A stretch of DNA of 63,330 bases, counting the filler, from Octopus bimaculoides (Eukaryota), in the NCBI RefSeq assembly GCF_001194135.2. It is 5 parts of 5 records of this genome, joined end to end, with 100 filler letters (N's around TTAATTAATTAA, not from the genome) between each part and the next. Parts side by side here need not be neighbours in the genome. Positions count along the whole stretch, not along the records: positions 30,240 to 51,819 come from NC_068989.1; 4 more parts are not named here. One strand, 5' to 3'. The notes beneath the pieces are model-generated. The model saw only the letters and a list, made by a program, of their open reading frames with translations. It was not told the DNA's origin and did not search any database. Shown piece by piece: positions 38,283-51,469 of this stretch. A program made the translations under genes and the position numbers. Positions within the stretch are counted from its first letter, which is position 1, and the number at the start of each line of letters is the position of its first letter.

Positions 38283-38689
38283 NNNNNNNNNTATATATAT
38301 ATATATATGTGTATGTATATATTTGTGTGTCCATGTTAGTCCCCACCTGCATCGCTTGAGTCCTTTTGAAGTGTTGGGCCTCACGGAGGCAATGACCAAG
38401 ACCTTTGGCATTATGTCATGCTTGAGAAGAAGACCCATCAAGCCAAGTAAAATTGCAATCGTGGCAGATACCGGTGTCACACAAATTGGCACTCGTGCCA
38501 GTGGCACATAAAACCATCCATTACACTCTCAGAGTGGTTAGCATTAGGAAGGGGATCCAGCCGTAGAAAACCATGCCAAATACGACTGGAGTCTGGTGCA
38601 GCCTTCCAGTGTGCCAGTCCTCAGTCAAACCGTCCAACCCATGTCAGCATGCATGACAGACGTTAAAGGATGATGATATGTGTGTGTGT

Positions 38690-38940
38690 CTCTCCCTCTC
38701 CCTTTGTATTTTTGCGTCTGTGTTTGTTCCCTACCATTGCTTGATAACCGGTGTTGGTGTCTTTACATCCCCATAACTTAGCAGTCTGGCAAAAACAACT
38801 GATAGAATAAGTACCAGGCTTGATAAAAAAAAAAGAAAAAATTTACTGGCTGCGATTAATTCGTCTTGAAATTCTTTGAAGTGGTGCTCCAGCATGGCCA
38901 CAGTTCAATGCTTGAAACAGGTAAAAGATGAAAGCTAAAC
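38690..38940 (+). mobile_element. SINE family B, 3' half, CpG-decayed
   Basis: ctttacatccccataacttagcagtctggc...ctgatagaataagtaccaggc...gctccagcatggccacag. Confidence 0.8.
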
Positions 38941-40068
38941 AAATTAAAAGAGGAGAGGAGACTTTGGATAAAGTAATCCTAGATACACACATCCCTGAAG
39001 CTTGATAAGGATGGTTAGTCCTGGAAGGTCTTTGATCATGAGTCTGCATGAATGGGGACGACTTGTGGGGCTATACAACAACAACAACAGCGACAACAAC
39101 AACAATGGTATTAGCATATCATCACAGACAACAAAAACATCAAGACCAAACAAGAAAAACAGAAATTAAATTGGAAACAGATAAAATAACCTGAATCTGG
39201 TCTGACCTGGGGCTAAATAACAATAACAACAACAAAAACAATAATAAAACCAATAATAACAACACTGCTTTGAGATTTTGAGATAATGACGGTGGCTCTA
39301 CATGGTTGGTTGAATTGCTAGAAATAGCAGGAAAAGTGTCCCTAAAATAACACTTTAATGTTTAAAACAAGCATAAATAAATAAATAAATGAATTAAAAA
39401 GGGAATTATTGGATAAAGTAGTCCTAGATACACAGATCTCTGAGAAATGGTAAGGATGGTTACTTGTGGAATTTCTTTGATCAGAAATCTGCTCAATCAG
39501 GAATGACCTGGTCCTAGCCGGAATTCTTGTGAACATAGGTCTGCTTGAACAGGGGTGACTTTTGGGGCTATACAGCAGCAGCAGAAGCAGCAGCAGTAGC
39601 AGCAACAACGATATCGATTTCTTACATTGGCACAAGGTCGCAAGAACGACGACAACAACAGCAACATTAGCATATCCGCACAGACAACAAAAACTATCAA
39701 CAACAACAACAGCAACAGAAATTAAATTGGAAAGGAAAAAATAAGCCCATGGACAACAATGAAATAATTTATAAAATAAATTGGAAAAAAAAAACAACTC
39801 ATGTGACAACAACAAAATAATTTATAAAATAATTTTTTTAATTAGATATTTTTTTATTAGTGTTGATCGTGATTTTTTTCTTGTTTGTAAATTAATTTCT
39901 ATTGATCTTTTTGTTGTTGTTGTTGCAGTTACTGTAGTTTTTGAGTCAATTAGGAAGCAATCTACGTGGAGGCTCTGTTTGCTGGGAATAGCACCCCCAA
40001 GCTTCCTCAAATCACACTCTGACATGTTTTAAAGAAGGAAGGACACATTGGATAACATAGCACTGGAT

Positions 40069-40453
40069 GTTGTTGTTGGCACTCCGTCGCTTATGACGTC
40101 GAGGGTTCCAGTTGACCTGATCAACGGAACAGCCTGCTCATGAAATTAACGTGCAAGTGGCTGAGCACCCCACAGACACGTGTACCCTTATCGTAGTTCT
40201 CGGGGAGATTCAGCGTGACACAGTGTGACAAGGCTGACCCTTTGAATTACAGGCACAACAGAAACAAGAAGTAAGAGTGAGAGAAAGTTGTGGTGAAAGA
40301 GTACAGCAGGGTTTGCCACCATCCCCTGCCGGTGCCTCGTGGAACTTTAGGTGTTTTCGCTCAATAAACACTCACAACGCCCGGTCTGGGAATCGAAACC
40401 GCGATCCTATGACTGCGAGTCCACTACCCTAACCACTGGGCCATTGCGCCTCC
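40069..40453 (-). mobile_element. SINE family C, full length, relatively young, with an (AAC)n tail and an approximate 12-14 bp TSD
   Basis: Reverse complement is collinear with 27251-27617. Flanks are acatagcactggat on the left and acaacactggat on the right. Confidence 0.9.
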
Positions 40454-40862
40454 ACAACACTGGATATAATACATATCAAAATCCAAGATATGGATGGGTG
40501 GCTAAATGAAAGATAGATAATTATATAGGCAGGTAGACTAACAGACTCATATACAGATAGACAGGCAGGTAGATAGACAGGTAGAAAAATAAACAGAGGG
40601 GGAAATATAAAGAAAGTAAAAATAAAGAAAGATTGGTGAATAGCTAAACCCTTTTTTGACTATGGACACCTTGGATACCTATTTTACTGAAATAGACCCT
40701 TATAACCATTTCATGTTTAAAGAATCTTATAATATTTTTGTAATTAAATATTATAATTAAATATTATTAGAAATTGTATTCAAAAATTATTAAAATATTT
40801 TGTGTATAACCAATTTATTGTGCATGGATTCTAACAAGCAAATCTTATGTGGACCTTTAAGG

Positions 40863-40921
<59 letters not shown>

Positions 40922-40922
40922 G
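40863..40922. repeat. (GATA)n microsatellite
   Basis: Directly visible. Confidence 0.95.
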
Positions 40923-41175
40923 GATACAAAGATGAATGCCAAAAATAAGCTGAAAGATAGATGGATGGATGGATATACAAGGAAGTAAAGAGATATACGT
41001 ACAAATACACAGAAATAGACAGACAGACAGACGGAATGATAAATAGATAGGTGAGTGGAAGAAATGCTATTTTAATGGTAATTCTTCTGGATCAAAACTA
41101 ACTTGGGAGACCAAACACTGCCACCACCACCAACAGCAATAACAACAACAACAACAAGAGGTGGCAAGTACTTAC

Positions 41176-41301
41176 TTGTCTCACAGTTGCTGCCTACATA
41201 TCCCAGGGGACACAGACAAATGTGGGTGTCAGCTGATTTTACTGCGCATTTCCCACTGTTCTCACACACAACAGCTGTACAGACATTGGAACTGCATTCC
41301 A
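41176..41301 (-). CDS. EGFLAM: Internal exon encoding an EGF-like domain of a pikachurin (EGFLAM/SP2353)-like extracellular matrix protein
   Basis: Minus strand: pyrimidine-rich acceptor tcttttcttctttttctttccAG, 126-nt exon, donor GTAAGT; phase 1-1. Translation (V)ECSSNVCTAVVCENSGKCAVKSADTHICLCPLGYVGSNCET has EGF cysteine spacing. It resembles, from memory, the vertebrate EGFLAM EGF that follows LamG1 (ECSS..C....C..GG.C....AD..ICLCPLGF.G..CE). Symbol is by recognition, not a search. Confidence 0.85.
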
Positions 41302-41794
41302 CTGGAAAGAAAAAGAAGAAAAGATTCATTATTATTATGATCACCACCACCACTACCACCACTACAACAATCATCATCACCATCATCACCGTCATCACGG
41401 TCATCATCATCATCGTCATCATTTATTTATTGTATTTGTTGGTATAAAAGATGCAGGAGTATATTAGACATGCTGCAATTAGAGCAATGCATATTTACAA
41501 CGAAAATGGTTTTAATGTATTAAAGCTTTTGTGAAGCCCAACTGTGCATATAGGACCCAGTGTGGTTTTTTAGAAATGCATTTTTGGAAAAAATGTGTTG
41601 CTTATATGCCATCAAATATGGTACTTAAGCATTTCAATATTTTTTATATGAATTTCTTTTAAATAAAAGCTTTTAAATATAGATAAATATCTCTCTATGC
41701 CATTCTAGTTTTTTCTTGCAGTTTCATTTGTGTTTTCTTGCAATGCCTTGTAATGTTGAATTTGCTTTGGCTCCTGTGGCAAATGCATAAATTA

Positions 41795-42230
41795 CTGGTT
41801 TCAAATTCTGGCACAATGCCAGCAATTTCGGAGGAATTGGAGTAAGTCGATTGCAGTCGACCCCAATACTCAACCAGTCCTTGTTTTACTGATCCCGAAA
41901 GGATGATAAACAAAGTCGACTTTGGTGGAATTTGAACACAGAACATAATGATGGACAAAATGCTGCGAAGCATTTTGCCCAGTGAAGTAAGGATTCTGGT
42001 AGCTCGCTACCTTAACAAATGTGCCTTTATGTTTTGAGTTCAAATCCTGCCGAGGTCCACTTTGCCTTTCATTCTTTCGGGGTTGATAAATTAAGTACCA
42101 GTTGCATACTGGTGTTGATCTAATCGACTGACCCCCACCTCCCCCAAAATTTCGGGCTTTGTGTCTAGAGTAAAAAAGAATATTTTTAAGGTGGTGAGCT
42201 GGCAGAAACATTAGCACACCAGGCAAAATG
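41795..42230. mobile_element. SINE family A cluster: minus copy (about 41795-42010), plus copy (about 42020-42180) and a plus head fragment
   Basis: Family A core in both orientations, essentially abutting. Confidence 0.85.
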
Positions 42231-42469
42231 GGTTCTTCTCCATCATACAATATGAATAAGGAAGGAAGGGGTGATGGCAAATTGATAGAGAGATGATAGA
42301 AATTCTACGATGAAAAATAATCAGTGTTTCAACTCTGTGTGTGTATGTAAAAGGGAGGTATGTGAATATTTGTGTGTGTGTGTGTATGTGTGTGTGTGTG
42401 TGTGTGCAATGTAAGTGGGATGGTGAACATTCAATGCTGAAAAGAAAAATCAACAACCTCAAGATTCAG

Positions 42470-42835
42470 CAGTGCTTATTTTATTGATACTGGAAGGATG
42501 AAAGACAAAGTTAACCTTGTTTGGATTTGAACTCAGAACGCACTGGCTTGCTACCAATTCTACGAGCTTGTTGCTTTACAATTTGCTAATAATGATAATT
42601 TCGTGCATTTTTTTTTTTTTTTAATTAAGATCTCACAAATTATGGGGCTGGGGAGGATCATAACTGATTAATTTAATCTCCGTATTTTACTGCTTTCCAT
42701 TTTATCGACTCCAGAAGGATGCAAGTCGTAGTTGACCTGGGCAGGATTTGAACTCAGAAACATAAAGACCTAACTGAAAAAAACAAAAACAAAAAAAAAA
42801 CAGCACGTGGCATTTTGTCTGACACCACCAACTCT
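42470..42835 (-). mobile_element. Two degenerate SINE family A copies
   Basis: The motif ggatttgaactcagaa occurs twice with the flanking family core. Confidence 0.65.
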
Positions 42836-43439
42836 GAATTTGAATTGGCAATACAAGGAGGGAAAAAGATAAAAAGAAAAAAAAAGGAGGAAAAAAAAAA
42901 CGAGAAACAATTAATGTGTTGCCTGGTTGTAAAATAGTTGCAGATATTGATTATGCTAAAATTAATGACAAAACATTGTTGGTTCAAGCAGGAGTTGAGG
43001 CATAAGAAGAGAAAAATTAATTGGAAAAAATTCTAAAACCAGAGGGACCACAAAAATAATGAGAAACTATGTCAAGACTTTTAAATCCCACAATAAACCT
43101 GCTAAAGGGTTAGATTAAATTTTAGAGAATGTCTACCAAAATCAAGTATGGATTATTGATATGACTTGTTTTAGGGAAAATAAGCATATGGTAAAAAAAG
43201 AAAGAAAACGGTAAAATAAAAAAAGTACTACTTGAGGAACTGTAAAGAACTGTAACTATAGAATCAGTTAAACTTCAAAATGATGCTTAACAGAAAGACT
43301 TGGTAGAGCATAAAGATTGTTTCGAATGTGATTGGTAATGTCTGAAAGGGATGGTTAAATGAATAAATTGTTCTAAGGAAAAAGAACTTGCTGAATAAAG
43401 AGATGCAGCGGCTGATACGGAAGTTTGTGGTGTTAGAAA

Positions 43440-43770
43440 TTATTCTTGTCTACTCTAGGTACAAATCCCAAACTTTTTGGGGAGTGGGGCCAGTCAATTA
43501 GATCGACCCCAGTATGCAACTGGTACTTAATTTATCGACCCTGAAAGGATGAAAGGCAAAGTAGACCTCGGCGGAATTTGAACTCAGAATGTAAAGACAG
43601 ACAAAATACCATTGAGGATTTTGCCTGGTGTGCTGATGTTTCTGCCAGCTTTCCACCTTAAAAAAATTCTTTTTTACTCTAGGTACAAGGCCCAAAACTT
43701 TTGGGGAGTGGGGCCAGTCGATTAGATCAACCCCAGTATGCAACTGGTACTTAATGTATCGACCCTGAAA
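43440..43770 (-). mobile_element. SINE family A plus a tandem partial duplicate of its 3' part
   Basis: ctactctaggtacaa..cccaaa.cttttggggagtggggccagtc.attagatc.accccagtatgcaactggtacttaat occurs at about 43450 and about 43675. Confidence 0.85.
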
Positions 43771-43811
43771 CAGACACACAAATATATACATACATACATA
43801 TATATATATAT

Positions 43812-43965
43812 TCATGATGGGCTTCTTTCAGTTTCCATCTACCAAATTCACTCACAAGGTTTTGGTTGGCCCAAGGCTATAGCAGAAAGCACTCGCCCAA
43901 GGTGCCATGCAGTGAGACTGAACTTGGAACCATGTGGTTGGGAAGTAAGCTTCTTACCACACAGT
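43812..43965 (-). mobile_element. SINE family B, 5' half
   Basis: gatgggcttctttcagtttccatctacc...ccaaggtgccatgcagtgagactgaac. Confidence 0.85.
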
Positions 43966-44255
43966 ATGCTGTGTATAAAAAATAAAAGAGAAAGACTGCA
44001 GATGTCAGAGGAATGGCAGAATCAGTAGAGTATTGGTTAAAATGCCTTTCTGCATTTATTCAAGTCCCTTTATAGTCAGAGTTCAATTCCTACTCAGTCA
44101 CTCATACAGGCCAACAAGGTCATTCATCTTCCTAGCTTTTCTAAAATAACCAACAATTCTTGCTCCCTGAAATCGCTGATATTTTGCCAAACTTAGTGTC
44201 TATTATTATTTATACAGTTCAGTAATTATTATCAATGTTGTTGTTGTTTTCGTTA

Positions 44256-44312
<57 letters not shown>

Positions 44313-44429
44313 TGTTGTATATTCATATATTCATATTCAGTTGTCAATCATAATTAGATAAAGACATTGCCAAAGAATGGCATTAAGTTTGGCAGCCACA
44401 AGTAAGATCTCTTTGAGAGAAATAATAAT

Positions 44430-44620
44430 GATAATAATGATTTCGAATTTTGGCACAAGGTCAATAAATTCGGTGGGGAAGGGTAAGTTGATTCCACTGA
44501 CCACCAGTACCCAAATGGCTCTTATCTTATTCACCCCCGAAAGGATGAAAGGCAAGGTGAACCTTAGTGGAATTTGAACTCAGAATGTAAAACTGGAAGA
44601 AATGCTGCTAAGCAATTTTT
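44430..44620 (-). mobile_element. SINE family A, CpG-decayed
   Basis: cccgaaaggatgaaaggcaaggtgaaccttagtggaatttgaactcagaatgt. Confidence 0.8.
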
Positions 44621-44934
44621 CCTGGACAGAAGTGACTCTGTCAGGTTGAGTATTATCATGTACATTGTTTTGTCTTGGTATAAAAGATGGTCGACAGCAA
44701 ATATTCTGCTCAATACCACAGATTTGCTTGTCAGTTGTTTGACCTTAACCAGTTGAGCATGTCCCTTAGTGGCTGATGATATGTGCATCTCTGATCATGA
44801 ACAGAAGTAGTAGGGGAGCATCATAGCCATGTGTTGAGAGGAATGCCCTAACCACTAAGCCATGTGCCTTCATACATACGTACATACATTGCTGAGACCC
44901 CCTTCGGTCATGACTGACCATTGGACTGGTCATG

Positions 44935-45075
44935 GGATAGGTCATTTCTACAGGTGAGTGAACTGGAGCAACGTGAAGTAAAGTGTCTTGCTCAAGAACA
45001 CAACACGCAGCCCGGTCTGGGATTTGAACTCACAATCTCACGATCTATGCTTTAACCACTGAGCCATGTACCTTC
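44935..45075 (-). mobile_element. SINE family D
   Basis: Reverse complement of the same ttgagcaagacacttt...ccagttcactca core plus a tRNA-like head. Confidence 0.75.
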
Positions 45076-45278
45076 ACATACATACATAGATTCCTGATAG
45101 ATGACAATACTGAACAAACCAGGTAATTTCACACCTTTTTTTAACCACAAGAAAGAGAGAGTTTCTTCATGGTAACAGCAGTGAGTTTGCCTTTTAGCAG
45201 TTGAAATTTTACAAACATTTTAATTAAACTAAATTTTGCTTATGCCTAAACACTGCATGGCACTAACTCTTTGATATA

Positions 45279-45315
<37 letters not shown>

Positions 45316-46634
45316 GCATTTGATTGTCAAAAATCAAAATTAAAATCACAATTAGAATCTCAATCAAATCGAAATCAAAAAAGGAAACTGTAGTCATGGC
45401 TGATGCCAGTGCTGCTTGACTGGCTCCTGCACTGGTGGCACGTAAAGAGCACCCACTACACTCTCGGAGTGAGTGGTTGGCGTTAGGAAGGGCATCCAGC
45501 TGTAGAAACTCTGCCAAATCAGATTGGAGCCTGGTGTAGCCATCTGGTTCACCAGTCCTCAGTCAAATCGTCCAACCCATGCCAGCATGGAAAACGGACG
45601 TCAACACATGGACTCACACATACACACACACTAAAGCACCAAATACATTCTGTGAAGTTGTTAACATCAGGAAGGGCATCCAGCCTCAGAAACCTTGGCA
45701 AAGCAGACATTGGAAACCAATGCACCCATCTGGCAAGTTGGATTCTATTAAAGCATCTAACTCATGTCAGCATGGAAAAAAGAACATCAAATGATGATGA
45801 TGATGATGACGACGATGATGATGATATATGAATTTACACACAAGCATATCTTTGGTGTTATCAATTTTAAAGACATACATTTACTGCTGATTAAACATGA
45901 ATTATTTCCACTTATCTCGCTGCTTACGATTCAGACTGTATTTGAATAGAAAGAGAATTTTTTTTTTTTTTACTCTTTTAAATGATGTAAGATTAAACAA
46001 AAATTTGAAATTAGCCTAATTATTGACAATATCGTTAACGTTACAAAATGAACATGACTTAATTGAAGAACATTTAAAGTATGTAATTTTTGCTACAAAA
46101 GCAATGGATGCATAAAAGATGTAGAAGAACAAAACCAGATGCCACTAATAATCATTCAGGTATCTGAAATTCTTCAAAACACAATTATACACATATGATG
46201 TATTGAATCTATAAATTTGATTATTACATTATTGGAAATTTTTTTCCACATTTTTTGACTATACAATAATTATACAATTCGCTCAATTTCCTGGATTTCT
46301 TCTACTGAACACAGCTAAAAATCTATCAAATTTTTCAATCCAACAATTGCGTTGGTCACTGAAGCACTCTGTTCTTTTCTTTCTTTCTTTTTTATTTTTT
46401 TTTAAGCTTTTGATGAATTCTTTGATTATTTCTGCAGTATGTTTCTGGTTATTGTTATTTTGAAAAATTCATGATTTGCCTAAGTGGCTCTTGGAATATG
46501 AAAGCATGCTGAGATCGAAGCCACTACATGGCTTTGTGGCTCACCAGTTTCTCTCACACTGTCCAACTCATGCCAGCATGGAAAATGGATGTTAAATGAT
46601 GATGGTAGTGCTGGTGATGATGATGATGATGATG

Positions 46635-46713
46635 ATGATTCTCTGAGACCTTTAGACAATTCTGTTCATGATTTTCTGAGACCGTTAGACAATTCTGTTC
46701 ATGATTCTCTGAG
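46635..46713. repeat. 33-bp minisatellite, about 2.4 copies
   Basis: atgatt(c/t)tctgagacc(t/g)ttagacaattctgttc starts at 46635, 46668 and 46701 (partial). Confidence 0.9.
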
Positions 46714-47394
46714 CTAGTGAATAGAGCCCTACTTATATTCTGGACATTGCAACACTAAACCATGACATTGCCATCACCTTGCTTAACTGTTAAATTCATT
46801 CATTCAGTGTAAAATTCCTCTCTTGTACACCCCTGAAAACGATGTTGGCTGTCAGAGCTGAACAAATAATAAGTTCGACTCATTCAACCATTAGACTTTT
46901 GTCCAGTTTCACAACATCCTGAGCAAAACGAATGCAGACACATTGTATTTTCATACATGTCCAGGAGGACAATTTTCTCCCAGGACTATCTCTGCAGTGA
47001 AAGGTCTTTTCACATTCAAGTGCATTCAGACATGTCAAATATGACTTTACATAAATGTATTTTATTCCACATTTCTTGTTTCTTTTCGTATTTTTTTTCC
47101 CAGAGAAATGTACAATTTCGTACATGAAACATGTCCCATGACCTTTCACTGCTCGTCACTTTTTGATGATAGTGATCAATTCTGTGAAAGATCAATCAAA
47201 ATGCCAGTGGTCATCATTGTCTTGTTCTTCATGGATGAGTGGTGAATGACTTAGTGTATCGGTTTTGTAGCTGTTTGTGGCAGATCTCTTCAAAGATGGT
47301 CAAAATGGTCAGCAATTCTATCAAAGTTTTCAACGCAATGGTATGTCTCAGTTAGTTACTGAGCATGCAATTTCATCAACAATGGCTCAAAATG

Positions 47395-47645
47395 TGGAGG
47401 CACAGAGCCTAGTGGTTAGAGCTGTGGACTTGCAGTCGAAGGATCATGTTTATATTTGTATGTCTGTGTTTGCCCCACCACCCCATCGCTTGACAACTTA
47501 TGTTGGTGTATTTACATCCCCATAACTTAGCGGTTCAGCAAAAGAGACCGATAGAATAAGTACTAGGCTTACAAAGAATAAGTCCTGGAGTCAATTTGTT
47601 CGACTAAAAGCATTGCTCCAGCATGGCTGAATCAAGTAAAAAGAG
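47395..47645 (+). mobile_element. tRNA-like SINE head joined to a SINE family B 3' half
   Basis: ggaggcacagagcctagtggttagagctgtggac..., then ccccatcgcttgacaac...gagaccgatagaataagtactaggcttacaaagaataagtcc. Confidence 0.75.
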
Positions 47646-48311
47646 TTTATTTTACTTAAATATTTAGATACAGTACAATACAGACTATTAAAATCAAAAT
47701 AACTTTTTCTCATAAAATGATGAGTTCATTAATACTGTAAGTAATTGCACTATACTAATTAGAATGCTTTTCTCTAATCAGTTTATTAATACAGACAGTA
47801 ATTGTATTATGCAAGATAAAATTAATTAAATCTAAATAACTCAACAGAGTACAAAATTCTCTCCTATTCATATACAGTTTGTATCTTAAGTGATTAAACA
47901 AACAGGTAATTAACATTTAATTATCAGAGCTCTTGTCTTTAAACTGATAACACTGTATAGACATAACACATACACACATACTTACACCAATAACAATTAG
48001 GGTACTTGGCTTTGTGACTAAATGCCTAAGTGACAATCTGGATAAGCATGGATTTTCAGGATAAGAAATCAATCAACTGACTCAGACATTACAAATACAA
48101 TCTGTAAGTGGAAGAATAAATATGTGCAAGGCTTTTCTCAAGTTTAAAATATGACACTGATTTCCTTATCTGACGAGGGAGCTTTGTATCATTGCTGGAA
48201 CCAGCTTCTTCCTCGGAAGAAGAATTTAGATGATTAAAAAAAGAAGAGAATAAATACATATGTACACACACACACACACACACACAATCATATATATATA
48301 TATATATGTAT

Positions 48312-48420
48312 AGGTGCAGGAGTGGCTGTGTGGTAAGTAGCTTGTTTCCCAACCACATGATTCCAGGTTCAGTCCCACTGCATGGCACCTTGGGCAAGTG
48401 TCTTCTACCACAGCCTTGAT
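48312..48420 (+). mobile_element. SINE family B, 5' part
   Basis: aggtgcaggagtggctgtgtggtaagtagc...caccttgggcaagtgtcttctac. Confidence 0.85.
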
Positions 48421-49528
48421 AAGAAGGTGTATGAATAAATGAAAAATCAATAAGCTGTGTAAGTTAAAAATAGTTGCTTAACAAGGTGACACTGATGCAC
48501 ATTTCTCAGAATTTCACATTTGCCGGTAGCCAAGTAGTACAATCCATCAAGGGTACAATTCCGAGTGAGACTAACCTTACAGAAAATCTAACAGAGAAAC
48601 TTTACTTTCATAGGAATTCCAACCATCCTCAAGCTGTAATTATGAATCTAGTTACAGATATCAACTGAAGAATCTTCAATGCACCAGTGAAGAGAAAGAA
48701 CTTCAGCAAAGCTGAACCTCATTGTAGGAAGGTATTGGTAAAGAGCGGGATAATTGAGAAGTTAGTGTAGATAGAGAGTTCTCCCTTCCATATCATTCCT
48801 TAATCTTAAGAGAGTTAAGTGGATTTCTGGTGTGGCTACGGTCTTTTGAGGGGAAAAATATCAGTCAAAGTAATGCTCAAAATTTTCTCTGAGAACCAGA
48901 AAATAGTGAATAGAAGTGGTTATTTGTTCTGTGAAATTCAATGAGGAGGAGGAGGGGAGGGAGGAGGGGGAGAAGAAGAAGAAGAAGAAGAACTTCTTGG
49001 CAAGTTGCTAAATGTAAAATCATGCAATATCTCGGTTGCTGCTGATAATACTGAAGGCTCATGGGAGAATTTAAATGAACTGATCTATAATACATCAATG
49101 GAAATGCTACAGAATGTTTGAAAATGAAAACACCAAGATTAGATCAGATAGGAAGACTTTGAAATACAACAAATTCTTGAGGATATACACAAATCTCATA
49201 AACATTCTATGAATACCAGCAATTCTGTTAAGTTGACAAAAGAAAAAAAAAGAGGAAAATGAACAAGAAAATTTAGTTCAGTTGGAGCTTATAATAAAAA
49301 AAAAAATATTTATAACGGAATAATGAAAGTAAATTAATTAAATCTTATGATGTAGAAATCCATTTTATTGTTTCATTGACATATTGAAGAAACCTTAAGA
49401 AAGACTTTGTATTTAATTATCAGTTGTTGTAAGGGAGAGGAATAATGCCAAAATAATGGTACAGACAGGTGCTTATGAATATTCTTATTCAATATGTATA
49501 TATATCTCTATATCTCTCTATCTATCTA

Positions 49529-49577
<49 letters not shown>

Positions 49578-51054
49578 NNNNNNNNNNNNNNNNNNNNNNN
49601 NNNNNNNNNNNNNNNNNNNNNNNNNNNNNNNNNNNNNNNNNNNNNNNNNNNNNNNNNNNNNNNNNNNNNNNNNNNNNNNNNNNNNNNNNNNNNNNNNNNN
49701 NNNNNNNNNNNNNNNNNNNNNNNNNNNNNNNNNNNNNNNNNNNNNNNNNNNNNNNNNNNNNNNNNNNNNNNNNNNNNNNNNNNNNNNNNNNNNNNNNNNN
49801 NNNNNNNNNNNNNNNNNNNNNNNNNNNNNNNNNNNNNNNNNNNNNNNNNNNNNNNNNNNNNNNNNNNNNNNNNNNNNNNNNNNNNNNNNNNNNNNNNNNN
49901 NNNNNNNNNNNNNNNNNNNNNNNNNNNNNNNNNNNNNNNNNNNNNNNNNNNNNNNNNNNNNNNNNNNNNNNNNNNNNNNNNNNNNNNNNNNNNNNNNNNN
50001 NNNNNNNNNNNNNNNNNNNNNNNNNNNNNNNNNNNNNNNNNNNNNNNNNNNNNNNNNNNNNNNNNNTATATATATATATATATATATTTATATGTAGTGA
50101 AGGAAAGAATCTCTTGATACTTATTCAACCATGTTGCAGCCGAATATCTTCTTCAAACATCAACCAACAATCTTAAGAATTAATGATTATTCTGAATAAA
50201 TTCGTTCTGAATATAACATGCCAAAAAAGAAGACAAATTTATTGAGTGAATAATGAAACTAATATGGAGAAAAATGTTCCAGGTTCTTCTGGAAGCACAA
50301 ACTTTGCCTGAAACACTTTCTATGAATATACACATACACAAATATATACCTAATTGGTGATAAAGCCACTTAGCCTTGTTTTTTATTTCTTTTTGTTTCT
50401 CTGTCTTGCAAATTATTTGGCGACCTCATTAGAATCTGGTAGCAAGGAAAAAAACCATCAAGTTCATTCTATAAAGTGGTTGTTATTAGAAAGGACATCC
50501 AGCCATAGAAACTGTGCCAAAGCTGACACTGAAGTCTAACACAAACCTGCAGTTTGCTAGATCCTGTGAAACGCTTTAGTCCATGCAAGCTTGGAATATG
50601 GACAGTAAATAAAGATGATGATGATCGTGATCATAATGAAAGCCATCAACCAAAGAAATTCCAAGGAACACAAAAGGACCATGGCTATGCTGTATCCTTT
50701 CTGATAGGCTGGCATGATAAAATAACCCAAAGAAAGTTTTGCGCTTCTAAGAATTTAATGATGGAACCATATGAGATCTGTAAAATGGGACCTGAATATA
50801 CAAGTGACATACATTGGATCTTCCATGAATAAATACCTGAATAGATGTCTTATTCTATCTCTTTTATTATGCTTTGAGTCATTGGATGGCAGCCATGCTA
50901 AGCATCACCTTGATGGGTTCAGCCAATCAAATTCACCCCAGTATTTATATGTTTTTAAAGTTTGGTGTTTATTTTATTGGTGTCTTTTGCCAAACTACTA
51001 AGTTATTGGGAATGTAAACAAATTAGCATCAGTTGTTATGTAGGAGTGGTGACC

Positions 51055-51089
51055 AGGCACACACACACATGCATACACATGCGTACACA

Positions 51090-51122
<33 letters not shown>

Positions 51123-51425
51123 CTGTGTGTGCATGCATGTGTGTTCATCTGTCTGGCTATGTGCGTGTATGCGTGTCTGTGTGCATGTGCATGCGTGCGT
51201 GTGTGTGTGTGTGTGTGTTTGTCTGTTTGGGTCTATGTGTGTGTGCATGTACCTTTGTGTGTGCTTGTGTGTGTGTGTGTGTGTGCATGTGCATGTGTGT
51301 CCATGTATGAGTTTCTGTGTTCATCTGTTTGGATATGTGTATGTATGTGTGTGTATGTCTGTGTGTCCATGCATGTGTGTGCATACGTGTGTGTGTGTGT
51401 GTGTGTTTGTCTGTCTGGGTGTATG
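51055..51425. repeat. Degenerate (GT)n/(GC)n array
   Basis: Directly visible. Confidence 0.9.
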
Positions 51426-51469
51426 GCTGGCCACCACTCCTGCATGACAACTGATGCTAGGTCATAGGT

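Noticed and set aside
46800-47390. Unique-looking stretch with Cys-containing ORFs, perhaps a DNA-transposon remnant or upstream exon
   Set aside because: No diagnostic motif, TIR or credible splice pair could be identified by eye.
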